This document shows, piece after piece, positions 17,716 to 29,062 of a stretch of 64,000 nucleotides of DNA (position 1 is its first letter; the number at the start of each line of letters is the position of its first letter). The DNA lies in NCBI GenBank assembly GCA_047602465.1, contig JASGHF010000002.1, positions 48,559-112,558 on the forward strand, written 5' to 3'. This stretch comes from Micropepsaceae bacterium. Its GTDB lineage: Bacteria > Pseudomonadota > Alphaproteobacteria > Micropepsales > Micropepsaceae. Made by a program: the position numbers and the translations under genes. The notes beneath the pieces were generated by a model, which had not been told where the DNA came from, made no database searches, and saw only the letters and a program-made list of their open reading frames with translations.

Positions 17716-18591
17716 ATGATCAAGTTGCTGCTTATGCTGGGCTTTTTGGCGGCGGCGCAACCTGCGCCGACTTTGTTGCTGCCCGCTCAACCGCTGGGTG
17801 AGCCGATCGACTGCAACGGCCCGGTCTTCAAGGCGCAGATCTTCAATGACGATCTGGAATGCCGCGAAGTCTCCCGGACCAGGCTCACCATCAACGATCA
17901 AACGATCACCCTCCGCCTGCTGCACGACGAGGATGTGGACGCCACCCTCCCGCCCGGCTATGCGGAAGCGGCCTACCAGGCCATCGCCCGCTCCTTTGAA
18001 GTCGTCGCCAAGGAACGCGGCCTCAAATTCCACAATGTCTCGATCCTTCCGGTCGAGGCCTACGGCCAGCGCCGGGAAGCGCGAATGTCGGGCGTCACCT
18101 ACTGGCGCGGAAAGTCGGAATGCATCATCGCGCTCGAAGTGATCACGGCCTCGCGCCTGACGGCAGAAGAGAACCTGCATATGTTCAGGTTCATCGTGAC
18201 GCACGAGGCCTTTCACTGCGTCCAGTCCTGGAACTGGTCGCACCAGATGGCGCTGGAGACGTCCACCTGGTGGCGCGAAGGATCGGCGGACCTCATCGGC
18301 ATGCTCGCCTATCCCGGCGCTTCGGCGCAGAAGAAGGTCAACCAGGGATTCGCCGAAATCGCCGACGCCAAGTCCGTGCTAGAGATGGACTATGGCAATG
18401 TCGTCTTCTTCCATTGGCTATGGTCGCAGTCGCCGTCCCAGGTATTCGATCTGATTGCGGCGATGCCGACGGACAAGGCCTACGATTCGATGGCCTCCCA
18501 GGAGGCTGCCCTGCATGCCTTCCTGCCAAAGGAAGCCCCCGGCAAATATGCCGCCGCCTATCGCGGTGCGCGGATCTACGCCCAGCAGTAA
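17716..18591 (+). CDS. Secreted putative zinc metallopeptidase (HExxH-x20-E), catalytic domain only
   Basis: Signal-peptide-like N-terminus; THEAFHCVQ...WWREGSA; paralog of 61007-62710. Confidence 0.65.
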   Translation: MIKLLLMLGFLAAAQPAPTLLLPAQPLGEPIDCNGPVFKAQIFNDDLECREVSRTRLTINDQTITLRLLHDEDVDATLPPGYAEAAYQAIARSFEVVAKERGLKFHNVSILPVEAYGQRREARMSGVTYWRGKSECIIALEVITASRLTAEENLHMFRFIVTHEAFHCVQSWNWSHQMALETSTWWREGSADLIGMLAYPGASAQKKVNQGFAEIADAKSVLEMDYGNVVFFHWLWSQSPSQVFDLIAAMPTDKAYDSMASQEAALHAFLPKEAPGKYAAAYRGARIYAQQ

Positions 18592-18593
18592 CC

Positions 18594-18611
18594 GGCGGCC
18601 CGAAGGCCGCC
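18594..18611. terminator. Hairpin between the convergent peptidase gene and tRNA-Lys
   Basis: ggcggcc-cgaa-ggccgcc, 7-bp stem. Confidence 0.45.
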
Positions 18612-18634
18612 GAAATCCGCGAAAAAGAAGGAAA

Positions 18635-18710
<76 letters not shown>

Positions 18711-18765
18711 CCGGGAGGGCGGCGTATAGAGCACCCGCTCCGCCCTGTCCAGCGCCCTTGCACGC

Positions 18766-19917
18766 CTAAATCAGCAGGCCTGTCTGGCGCGGAATTTCCC
18801 GCTCCTTGTGGACATAAACGCTCATCAGGATGCCGAAACCCATCATCACGGTCAGCATCGCCGTACCGCCATACGAGACGAGCGGAAGTGGAATGCCAAC
18901 GACGGGAATCAGGCCCATCACCATCGCCATGTTGATCAGGATATAGGCCAGAACGTTCATGGTCAGACCGAGCGCTACGACCCGGGAGAAATGCGCTCTC
19001 GCCCCCAAACCGATCGAAAGCCCGATTCCCAGCACGATGACGTAGAGCCCCATCAGGAACAGGCAGCCGACCAGCCCGAACTCCTCCCCGAGCATGACGA
19101 AAATGAAGTCGGTATGCTTCTCCGGCAGAAAGTCGAGTTGGCTCTGGGTGCCGTTCATGAAGCCTTTGCCGAACAGCCCGCCTGAACCCATGGCGATATT
19201 CGCCTGGGTGATATTGTAGCCGGCGCCAAGCGGATCACGGCTCGGGTCTAGGAAGGTGTCGATGCGCTCCCGCTGGTAGGGGTGCAGCATCTCGTAGGCG
19301 ACCGGAATGGCGGCGCCCACGGCCGTAACGGCCACGATGATGATCCACCACCGCAGACCCGAGACGAACAACACGCACGCCCCGATGAAGCAGAGAATGG
19401 TCGCCGTTCCCAGATTGGGCTGCATCAGCACCAGCATCACCGGCACACCGATCAGCGCGAGCGGCACGATCAGACTGCGAAGCTTGATCGCCTCGTCATA
19501 AGTGCGTCCGTGGAAATAGCGCGCCAGAGCCAGCACAAGCGCCAGCTTCATGAGCTCGGACGGCTGGATCTGGATGATGCCAAGATTGATCCATCGCTCG
19601 GCGCCTTTGCCGACATGGCCCATGAACTGCACCAGCAGCAGCAGACCGATACACGCGACGTAGAACGGATAGGCAATCGACATCCATACGCGAATATCGA
19701 TCATTGCGAAGGCGACCAGGATCACCAGCCCCACCAGGAAACGGATGATCTGCTGCTTCGCCCAGGGGTCAAGCGACCCGCCCGCGACCGAATACAGCAT
19801 CAGGAAACCGATCGAGGCGATCGTCGTCACCGCCAGCAGAAGCGGCCAATGAAGATCGAGAATTTTACGGAGCCTGGAGGGCTGCGGCCGATCAAAGCCT
19901 AAAGTACGGGTCGCCAT
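18766..19917 (-). CDS. rodA: Rod shape-determining protein RodA (SEDS)
   Basis: GAERWI, IQPSELMK, QPNLGT, FLPEKHTDFIF, PLPLVSYGG. Confidence 0.96.
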   Translation of the reverse strand: MATRTLGFDRPQPSRLRKILDLHWPLLLAVTTIASIGFLMLYSVAGGSLDPWAKQQIIRFLVGLVILVAFAMIDIRVWMSIAYPFYVACIGLLLLVQFMGHVGKGAERWINLGIIQIQPSELMKLALVLALARYFHGRTYDEAIKLRSLIVPLALIGVPVMLVLMQPNLGTATILCFIGACVLFVSGLRWWIIIVAVTAVGAAIPVAYEMLHPYQRERIDTFLDPSRDPLGAGYNITQANIAMGSGGLFGKGFMNGTQSQLDFLPEKHTDFIFVMLGEEFGLVGCLFLMGLYVIVLGIGLSIGLGARAHFSRVVALGLTMNVLAYILINMAMVMGLIPVVGIPLPLVSYGGTAMLTVMMGFGILMSVYVHKEREIPRQTGLLI

Positions 19918-19918
19918 G

Positions 19919-21787
19919 TCAAGCAGGCACGACGCTTGCGACCGGCGCGCCGGCGGGGTCGTGATATTTTTCAAGCGTCCGCTGCATGATGTCCTTGGCG
20001 ATCGGCGCGGCCGCCTTGCTGCCGCCCTGCCCGTGCTCCACGACGACCGCCATCGCGAAACGCGGCGCTTCGACGGGCGCAAAGCAGATGAACAGCGCGT
20101 GGTTGCGGAGATGCCAGGGCACGGCGTTGCCTTTGAGCGTACCGCCGACGCTCTTCGCGCCTCGCACCTGCGCCGTTCCCGTCTTGCCTGCCATCTTGAA
20201 ATCCCCGGCCAGCCGCGACCGGCCGGCGGTGCCGCCTGCGGCGTTCACCACCGCGTCCATTCCGTGGTGTATCAGCGCCAGATGCTCCGGAGGTATGCCA
20301 AGGTCGGCCGCAATCGGCTGCGGCTCCGGCACGCCGCCCACCGCCCGGACGATCCGCGGCATGACAGCCTTTCCGCCATTCGCCACGCGCGCCGTCATGA
20401 CCGCGAGTTGCAACGGCGTAGCCGTGACATAGCCCTGCCCGATCGCCGCGTTCAGCGCATCGCCCGGCCGCACCTCCTCGCCAAACCGCTCCATCTTCCA
20501 GGCCGTCGACGGGATCGATCCGCGTCGCTCACCCGGGACCTGGAATCCGAACTTCTCGCCGAGGCCCAGCCGGTGCGCCATGCCCGCAATGGCATCCAGC
20601 CCAACGCGGCGTCCTACTTCGTAGAAGAAAACATTGCACGAGACCTTCAAGGCGTCCGAAACATTTACGGCGCCGTGGCCGCCGCCGCGATGGCAGTGGA
20701 ACGTATGGCTGCCGAGCCGCAGATAACCCGGACAACGGATACGCGTGCCGCCGTCGATCACCCCCGCGGCCATGCCCGCCAGGCCCGTGCAAACCTTGAA
20801 GGTCGATCCCGGCGCGTATTCACCGGCCAGCGCCTTGTTCAGCAGCGGCTTGTAGGGGTCTTCGTTCATCTCCTCCCAGCGCTTCTGACTGAAGCCGGTG
20901 ATGAACTCGTTAGGGTCGAATCCGGGGCTCGACACAAACGCGAGAATGTCGCCGGAGTGGACATCCAGCAGCACAGCGCTGGCGCTTTCGCCCAGCATAC
21001 GCTCCTGCGCGAACCGCTGAAGCTCCATATCGAGCGTCAGTTCGACATCCGAGCCCGGACGCCCCTCCTGCCGGTCCAGTTCGCGGATGACCCGGCCGTG
21101 GGCATTGACCTCCACCTGACGAACGCCGCCCGTGCCACGCAGGTCGCGGTCCACCGCACGCTCGACGCCATTCTTGCCGATTGGAAAGCCGGGCAGCCGC
21201 AACAACGGATCGCCGTCGTCGCGCGTCTTGAGATCGTTCTCTGACACAGCAGCAACATAGCCAAGCACGTGGCTCAGCTCGGTGCCGAAGGGATAGGTCC
21301 GCACCTGCCCGACATCGGCGACGATCCCCGGCAGTTCAGGCGCCGCGAGATTGATCCGCGAGAATGTCTCCCAGTCGAGACCGTCCGCCGCGGTGACTGC
21401 AGCAAGTCCGGCTTTGGTGCGGGATTCTCTCTTGATCTTCTCGCGTTGCTTTGGCGTGACGGTCACGAAGCGCTCAAGCAGATCGAGCGAGTTGTCGATC
21501 GAGGCCGTCTGATCGGGCACCAGAAGCGCGCGGTAGTTGGGCCGGTTGCCCGCCAACTCCACCATGTTCCGGTCCGTGATCCGCCCACGCGGAGGCGCCA
21601 GAAGCTGAAGATTGATGCGGTTGTCTTCCGCCAGCGTCCGGTACTTGTCGGATTCAAGTATCTGCAGCTGGTACATACGCGCCACGAGACCGCTCAGCAG
21701 CGCCGTAGCGCCCACACCCAGCAGCAGCGTGCGCCGCGTGAAGGATGCGGATCGCTCGTGCTCGTCGCGCTCGCTGTAGAGGCCCAT
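19919..21787 (-). CDS. mrdA: Penicillin-binding protein 2
   Basis: PPRGRITDR, PGSTFK (SxxK), SCN (SxN), KTGTAQ. Confidence 0.96.
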   Translation of the reverse strand: MGLYSERDEHERSASFTRRTLLLGVGATALLSGLVARMYQLQILESDKYRTLAEDNRINLQLLAPPRGRITDRNMVELAGNRPNYRALLVPDQTASIDNSLDLLERFVTVTPKQREKIKRESRTKAGLAAVTAADGLDWETFSRINLAAPELPGIVADVGQVRTYPFGTELSHVLGYVAAVSENDLKTRDDGDPLLRLPGFPIGKNGVERAVDRDLRGTGGVRQVEVNAHGRVIRELDRQEGRPGSDVELTLDMELQRFAQERMLGESASAVLLDVHSGDILAFVSSPGFDPNEFITGFSQKRWEEMNEDPYKPLLNKALAGEYAPGSTFKVCTGLAGMAAGVIDGGTRIRCPGYLRLGSHTFHCHRGGGHGAVNVSDALKVSCNVFFYEVGRRVGLDAIAGMAHRLGLGEKFGFQVPGERRGSIPSTAWKMERFGEEVRPGDALNAAIGQGYVTATPLQLAVMTARVANGGKAVMPRIVRAVGGVPEPQPIAADLGIPPEHLALIHHGMDAVVNAAGGTAGRSRLAGDFKMAGKTGTAQVRGAKSVGGTLKGNAVPWHLRNHALFICFAPVEAPRFAMAVVVEHGQGGSKAAAPIAKDIMQRTLEKYHDPAGAPVASVVPA

Positions 21788-21790
21788 CGA

Positions 21791-22315
21791 TCAGGCCCTC
21801 ATCGGCGCGATGACGCGCCGCTCGATGAAGGCGAAGGCGAAGCCGAAGAACGGGTAAAGGCCAATGGAAACCAGCCCCTGCACCACGAATTTCAGCGGCT
21901 CCTGCACCTCCCACGCATAAAGCGACCACAGCCCCCAGGCGAGGAAGCAGGCCGTCGCGCAGGTCAACGCGAACAACGCCCACGCCGTGTAGATCACACG
22001 CCCGAACGTGTCGCGCAGCACCAACGCCATGGCGTGACAGACGAGGAATGTCAGCGCCCACAGACCGAGCGGCGCGCCGCTCAGCAGGTCATAGGCGAGA
22101 CCCGTGAAGAAAATCGGGGCGGGGGTCATCAGATCACCCCGATGCGTGCCGAAGAAGAACACCACCATCAGCGGATAGAGCGGCGTCATCTCCAGATCGC
22201 CCGGCATTCTCAGCGGCAGGATGGCGATGATGACGGCCAGGATCGCCAGCAGGAACGGCATCCGCCGTCCGATCCATTTGATGAAGCGCGAGAAGATCGA
22301 AATGACCATCGTCAA
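21791..22315 (-). CDS. mreD: Rod shape-determining protein MreD
   Basis: Hydrophobic, GLAYDLLSGAPLG motif, located between mreC and mrdA. Confidence 0.9.
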   Translation of the reverse strand: MTMVISIFSRFIKWIGRRMPFLLAILAVIIAILPLRMPGDLEMTPLYPLMVVFFFGTHRGDLMTPAPIFFTGLAYDLLSGAPLGLWALTFLVCHAMALVLRDTFGRVIYTAWALFALTCATACFLAWGLWSLYAWEVQEPLKFVVQGLVSIGLYPFFGFAFAFIERRVIAPMRA

Positions 22316-23247
22316 CGCCCGCCCGGCTGCGGGTTGGCGGCGACCGTCTCATCGCGCGTTGTCGCCGGCGCCTCGGCCACCGGCGGCGGGACATCGACAT
22401 CGTTGACGACGTTGAACCTCTTGATCGCGACGACCTCGATACGCCCGGCGTCGGCATACAGCGTCGCGGCCGGCGGCTCTGCGCCCCGCAGATGCACCAC
22501 CCCCACCGGCAAGCCGGGAGGCAGGACGCCGCCATCGCCGGATGTGACGATCTGCTCCCCTTCGCGAAGTGTCACACCGGGCGGAATGAACCGGATTTCC
22601 GGCAAACCGTCGCTGTCGCCGGAAAGAATGGCCCGCACGCCGGCATCGCCGATCACCACGGGGATATGGCTGGTTGAATCCGTCAACAGCAGGATGCGGG
22701 CCGACCTGGCCCCAACCTTCACGACGCGCCCGACCAGACCAAACCTGTCGAGCGCCGCGTCGCCCTCGCGGACGTCCTTGTTGGCGCCAGCATTCACGAT
22801 CAGCGCGCGAGAAAAGGGACCGGCCGTATCTGCGATGACGCTTGCCGCCGTGACACCCTCGATGGGCGTGTAGAGAATCTCCATCACGCTCTCGAAGGCG
22901 GCGATCTGTCGCTCCTGTTCCAGCGCCTTCTCGCGCCAGGTCAGCAGTTCGGCGTTCTCACGGCGCAGCCGCTCGTTCTCGCCATGGAGGTCTGCGGCAT
23001 TCGAGACATAGTCGATCGCCCCGGACACCGCGTCGGTGACTGCTGCGCCGGCGCCCAGAACATCGCTCGCCAGGTCCGCGGCCGTCATCCGGACCTTGTC
23101 CATGAAAGGCAGTTCCGCCCGTCCCACCAGAAGCAGGGCGAGCGCCAACACGCCAAACGTTACAAGCCCGCCGCGATGAGCTCTCAGCTCGATCGGGGTC
23201 TTCCAGCCCTGGCGTTTGTAAGTTGCGTGCGGCATCCCGCGACGCAC
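22312..23247 (-). CDS. mreC: Rod shape-determining protein MreC
   Basis: TM plus coiled coil (LHGENERLRRENAEL), GLVGRV, TSGDGGVLPPGLPVG; the start may be ATG23235. Confidence 0.93.
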   Translation of the reverse strand: MRRGMPHATYKRQGWKTPIELRAHRGGLVTFGVLALALLLVGRAELPFMDKVRMTAADLASDVLGAGAAVTDAVSGAIDYVSNAADLHGENERLRRENAELLTWREKALEQERQIAAFESVMEILYTPIEGVTAASVIADTAGPFSRALIVNAGANKDVREGDAALDRFGLVGRVVKVGARSARILLLTDSTSHIPVVIGDAGVRAILSGDSDGLPEIRFIPPGVTLREGEQIVTSGDGGVLPPGLPVGVVHLRGAEPPAATLYADAGRIEVVAIKRFNVVNDVDVPPPVAEAPATTRDETVAANPQPGGR

Positions 23248-23254
23248 CTCCCAC

Positions 23255-24304
<1,050 letters not shown>

Positions 24305-24322
24305 CTACGCATCCATTTGTTG

Positions 24323-24358
24323 GAGAGGGCCGGACGGTTTCCGTCGTCCGGCCCTCTC
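24323..24358. terminator. Hairpin downstream of leuA
   Basis: gagagggccggacg / cgtccggccctctc, 14-bp perfect stem. Confidence 0.7.
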
Positions 24359-24363
24359 TGAGA

Positions 24364-25923
24364 TCAGTTAGCCGCCGACATGGCTTCCGGCGCGGTCTTC
24401 TGCCGCTTCACCAGGAGCTTGTTCAGCGCGTTGAGATAAGCCTTGGCGGAGGCGACCAGCGTGTCGGTATCCGCGCCGCGGCCGGTGACGGACTTGCCCG
24501 CCTCCTCCAGCCTGACGCTGACCTCGGCCTGCGCGTCCGTTCCTTCCGTGACCGCATGCACCTGGTAGAGTTGCAGCGCGGCCTCGTGCGGGAACAGGCC
24601 CTTGATCGCATTGAATATGGCATCGACCGGGCCGTCGCCGCGCGCAAGGCCGACACGGGCCTCGCCGTCCACCGACAGCTCCAGCTCGGCGCTCTGCGGC
24701 CCGAAGGTACCGGCGACGACGCGCAGGCTCTCGAACCGCAGGCGGTCATGGCCACGCGCCATTTCGTCGTCGACCAGCGCGATGATGTCCTCGTCGAACA
24801 CATGCCGCTTCTTGTCAGCCAGCGACTTGAAGCGCTCGAACGCGTCCTGCAACGCGTTCTGGCCCAGCTCATAGCCCATCGCGCTCAGCTTCTCGCGAAA
24901 CGCATGACGGCCCGACAGCTTGCCCAGAACCAGCGAAGATTTGGCAACGCCCACATCTTCGGGCCGCATGATCTCATAGGTCTCCGCGTTCTTCAGCATC
25001 CCGTCCTGATGGATGCCGCTCTCATGCGCGAAGGCGTTCTTGCCGACGATGGCTTTGTTGAACTGCACCGGGAAGGCGATCGTCGAAGAGACCAGCTTCG
25101 AAATGCGGGCGATCTGGCTGGTGTCGATATGCGTCTCGAACGGCATGGCGTCCTTGCGGACTTTCATCGCCATGACGATCTCTTCCAGCGCCGCATTGCC
25201 GGCACGTTCGCCGATGCCGTTGATCGAGCATTCGATCTGCCGCGCGCCGCCGATGACGCCAGCCAGCGAGTTGGCGACCGCGAGGCCCAGATCGTTGTGG
25301 CAATGGGTCGAGAACCGTACCGTATCGGCTCCCGGCACGCGCGCGATCACCCGCCGGAACAGGTCTTCGTATTCCTGCGGCGTCGCATAGCCCACGGTAT
25401 CGGGCAGGTTGATGGTCGATGCACCCGCACGGATCGCCGCTTCGATGCAGCGGCACAGGAAATCGAATTCCGTACGCGTCGCGTCCTCGCCTGACCATTC
25501 CACATCGTCGATCAGGTTGCGCGCATGGGCGACACTGCCCGACACCGCCTCCAGTACCTGCTCCGGCGACATGTTCAGCTTGTGCTTCATGTGGACGGGG
25601 CTGGTGGAGAGGAAGGTGTGAATGCGCCCGCGGGCCGCGTGCTTCACCGCATCGCCTGCCCGGTCGATGTCCTTCATGCCGGCGCGGGCGAGACCGCACA
25701 CTGTCGCCCGCTTCACCAGTTTGGAGATCTCGGTGACGGCTTCGTAGTCACCGTTGGATGAAATCGGAAAGCCGGCCTCGATCACGTCGACGCCGAACTG
25801 GTCGAGCGCTTCGGCGATACGCAGCTTTTCTTCGAGGTTCATGGCGGCGCCCGGCGATTGCTCGCCGTCGCGCAGGGTCGTGTCGAAAATGATGACGCGG
25901 TTGGGTTCGATCTGGGTGGTCAT
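24364..25923 (-). CDS. leuA: 2-isopropylmalate synthase
   Basis: FDTTLRDGEQSPG, HCHNDLGLAVAN, GIGERAGNAALEE, HESGIHQDG. Confidence 0.97.
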   Translation of the reverse strand: MTTQIEPNRVIIFDTTLRDGEQSPGAAMNLEEKLRIAEALDQFGVDVIEAGFPISSNGDYEAVTEISKLVKRATVCGLARAGMKDIDRAGDAVKHAARGRIHTFLSTSPVHMKHKLNMSPEQVLEAVSGSVAHARNLIDDVEWSGEDATRTEFDFLCRCIEAAIRAGASTINLPDTVGYATPQEYEDLFRRVIARVPGADTVRFSTHCHNDLGLAVANSLAGVIGGARQIECSINGIGERAGNAALEEIVMAMKVRKDAMPFETHIDTSQIARISKLVSSTIAFPVQFNKAIVGKNAFAHESGIHQDGMLKNAETYEIMRPEDVGVAKSSLVLGKLSGRHAFREKLSAMGYELGQNALQDAFERFKSLADKKRHVFDEDIIALVDDEMARGHDRLRFESLRVVAGTFGPQSAELELSVDGEARVGLARGDGPVDAIFNAIKGLFPHEAALQLYQVHAVTEGTDAQAEVSVRLEEAGKSVTGRGADTDTLVASAKAYLNALNKLLVKRQKTAPEAMSAAN

Positions 25924-26021
25924 GGCGCTTCAGGCCTCGGGGTTTGTCTGGTCTCTTTCAATTCGTGGCGGCAGTCCCCCCAGACGCCGGCTCATTCGAA
26001 GATGAAAGAGCATGGCGACGC

Positions 26022-26078
26022 CTAGGGGCGCCTAAGGAGCAGACCCTCGCGAAGTCGAAGCGACGCGCGCGCGCGCAT
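26022..26078 (-). promoter_or_regulatory. Putative leuA leader peptide MRARASLRLREGLLLRRP
   Basis: 18-codon ORF with five Leu including a CTG-CTC-CTT run, about 100 bp upstream of leuA. Confidence 0.6.
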
Positions 26079-26234
26079 CCCGAAGGCCCCGGCCCCGGAA
26101 TGCGAATCCCCAAATTTGACGACTTCAGCGGCCACCGCTGCTTCCCGTCTCACGCGAGCAAAATTGCCATATCCGCCAAAGGGTAAGCGCGGGTCTTTAA
26201 CGACTCGTCAAAACCTTTGGCCTTGCACGAGGCT

Positions 26235-26249
26235 TTTAGCGGCCGTTAA
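26235..26249. promoter_or_regulatory. Possible CtrA site
   Basis: TTTA-N7-TTAA, one mismatch to TTAA-N7-TTAA, upstream of the PAS-domain gene. Confidence 0.3.
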
Positions 26250-26323
26250 CGTGGGCGGCAAGTGCCGCATCGCAAAAAAGGGGTATTCCGAGGCCGACCA
26301 GGGGCGGCACCGGCAGCAGAGAA

Positions 26324-26830
26324 ATGGCGCAAAATCTGGACACATTGATGGCGGCGTTTCCCGGCCGCTGGGCGGCGGGCGACCTGCTCTCGGAGTCGAA
26401 CCCGCATATCGTGCGACTGCGCGACCTGTGGCGCGCCAGGGCAGACGGCAGGCGCTTTCCCGCTGCGGGAACCATCGGCCCGGTCGAGCTGAAAGCGGTC
26501 CTGCCCGACGTCCACATCTACACGGTCGCGCCGGACGCCCCGCGCTATCGTATCCGGCTGATCGGAACGCGCATGACGGAGCATATGGGCCGCAATCTCA
26601 CCGGCCTGCCGGTCGACAACATCCCGTCGGAAACGCTGCGCCGCGCCGTCACGGGCATCCTCGGCGCGGTCGAACTTGCGCAGACGACGCTGCATCTCAT
26701 GGCGCCGCGCGCCATCGCTTTGCCGAACGGCGATCACAAGGCGCTGGAAAGCCTCTGGATGCCATGTGCGGACGACGGCGAGACGATAGATCGCATCATC
26801 GCCGTCAGCCTTCTCAGCAACATGACCTGA
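26324..26830 (+). CDS. Stand-alone PAS (PAS_5-type) domain protein
   Basis: W..R.ADGRRFP...I.P..LK.VLP.V.I, RYRIRLIGT...MGRNLTG. Confidence 0.75.
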   Translation: MAQNLDTLMAAFPGRWAAGDLLSESNPHIVRLRDLWRARADGRRFPAAGTIGPVELKAVLPDVHIYTVAPDAPRYRIRLIGTRMTEHMGRNLTGLPVDNIPSETLRRAVTGILGAVELAQTTLHLMAPRAIALPNGDHKALESLWMPCADDGETIDRIIAVSLLSNMT

Positions 26831-26836
26831 AACGAA

Positions 26837-26864
26837 GATGGCCGGCACAAGCCGGCCATCGACG
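26837..26864. repeat. REP half-element / bidirectional terminator hairpin
   Basis: gatggccggc-acaa-gccggccatc(gacg) between the convergent PAS and ilvC genes; resembles CGTC-type REP hairpins. Confidence 0.6.
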
Positions 26865-26885
26865 CGTCAGAACCGGGCTTGACGC

Positions 26886-27906
<1,021 letters not shown>

Positions 27907-27951
27907 GATACTCTTCCTTCGTTAGTAGTCCCGGTGACACGGAGCGACGTG

Positions 27952-28488
27952 ATGACCACCGCCGCTGAAATTCTTGAATTCTGGACCGCCGCCGGCCCCG
28001 CCAAATGGTACGCCAAGGACGACGCGTTCGACGCCGCCATCGCGGCCAGGTTCAAAGCTGCCTACGAAGCCGCCGCAGCTGGCGCGTATGACGGTTGGGC
28101 CGCCACGCCCGAAGGCGCCCTGGCCCTCATCATCACGCTCGACCAGTTCCCGCGAAACATGTTCCGCGACGATGTCCGCGCCTTCGCGGCCGATGCCAAA
28201 GCCCGCGACATCGCCAACGCGGCCATCGAACAGGGGCTCGACAAGCAGATCGCCGCGCCGCTCAACCAATTCTTCTTCCTGCCGCTGATGCACTCCGAGG
28301 ATCTGGCCGATCAGGATCGCTGTGTTGCGGCCTTCGCCGGGGGCACGCCCGAAAACCGGAAATACGCCGAAATTCACCGCGACATCATCGCGCGCTTCGG
28401 CCGCTTCCCGCACCGCAACGCCGTCCTCGGCCGCACGACGACGCCCGCGGAACAGGCGTTCCTCGACAAAGGCGGCTTCGCGGGCTGA
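27952..28488 (+). CDS. DUF924 family protein
   Basis: ILEFW..W, LALIITLDQFPRNMFR, FFFLPLMHSEDL, IIARFGRFPHRNAVLGR.TT..E..FL. Confidence 0.9.
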   Translation: MTTAAEILEFWTAAGPAKWYAKDDAFDAAIAARFKAAYEAAAAGAYDGWAATPEGALALIITLDQFPRNMFRDDVRAFAADAKARDIANAAIEQGLDKQIAAPLNQFFFLPLMHSEDLADQDRCVAAFAGGTPENRKYAEIHRDIIARFGRFPHRNAVLGRTTTPAEQAFLDKGGFAG

Positions 28489-28505
28489 GAGCGGCATCAC
28501 GGGCG

Positions 28506-29060
28506 CTACATCGCCTCCGCGCCGCGCGCGATGGCGACGACGCCGGTGCGGCTGACCTCGATCAGGCCCAGCGGCTTCATCAGGTCGACAAAGGCGTCGA
28601 TCTTTGACGGCGCCCCGGTCAGCTCGAACACAAAGCTCGTATGCGTCGTGTCGATCACCCGCGCCCGGAAGGCGTCCGAAAGGCGCAGCGCCTCGACGCG
28701 CCGGTCGCCCTCACCCGCCACCTTCACCAGCGCCATCTCGCGCTCGATGCCCGGTTTGTCGATGCTGAGGTCCACGACCCGGTGAACCGGCACGAGGCGG
28801 CCGAGCTGCGCCTTGATCTGGGTGATGATCTCCTTCGTGCCCGAGGTCACGATGGTGATACGCGACGTGTGCTTCTGGTGATCGGTCTCGGCGACCGTCA
28901 GCGACTCGATGTTGTAGCCGCGGCCGGAAAAGAGGCCCACGACGCGCGCCAGGACGCCCGGCTCGTTGTCGACGATCACCGCCAGCGTGGTGGTGATGAC
29001 GGCCTGCTTGTCCTCGACGAGGAAATAGGCCGATTTCGGCGCGTTCGGATCGGTCACCAT
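28506..29060 (-). CDS. ilvN: Acetolactate synthase small subunit
   Basis: VDNEPGVLARVVGLFSGRGYNIESLTV, EVSRTGVVAI. Confidence 0.96.
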   Translation of the reverse strand: MVTDPNAPKSAYFLVEDKQAVITTTLAVIVDNEPGVLARVVGLFSGRGYNIESLTVAETDHQKHTSRITIVTSGTKEIITQIKAQLGRLVPVHRVVDLSIDKPGIEREMALVKVAGEGDRRVEALRLSDAFRARVIDTTHTSFVFELTGAPSKIDAFVDLMKPLGLIEVSRTGVVAIARGAEAM

Positions 29061-29062
29061 GA

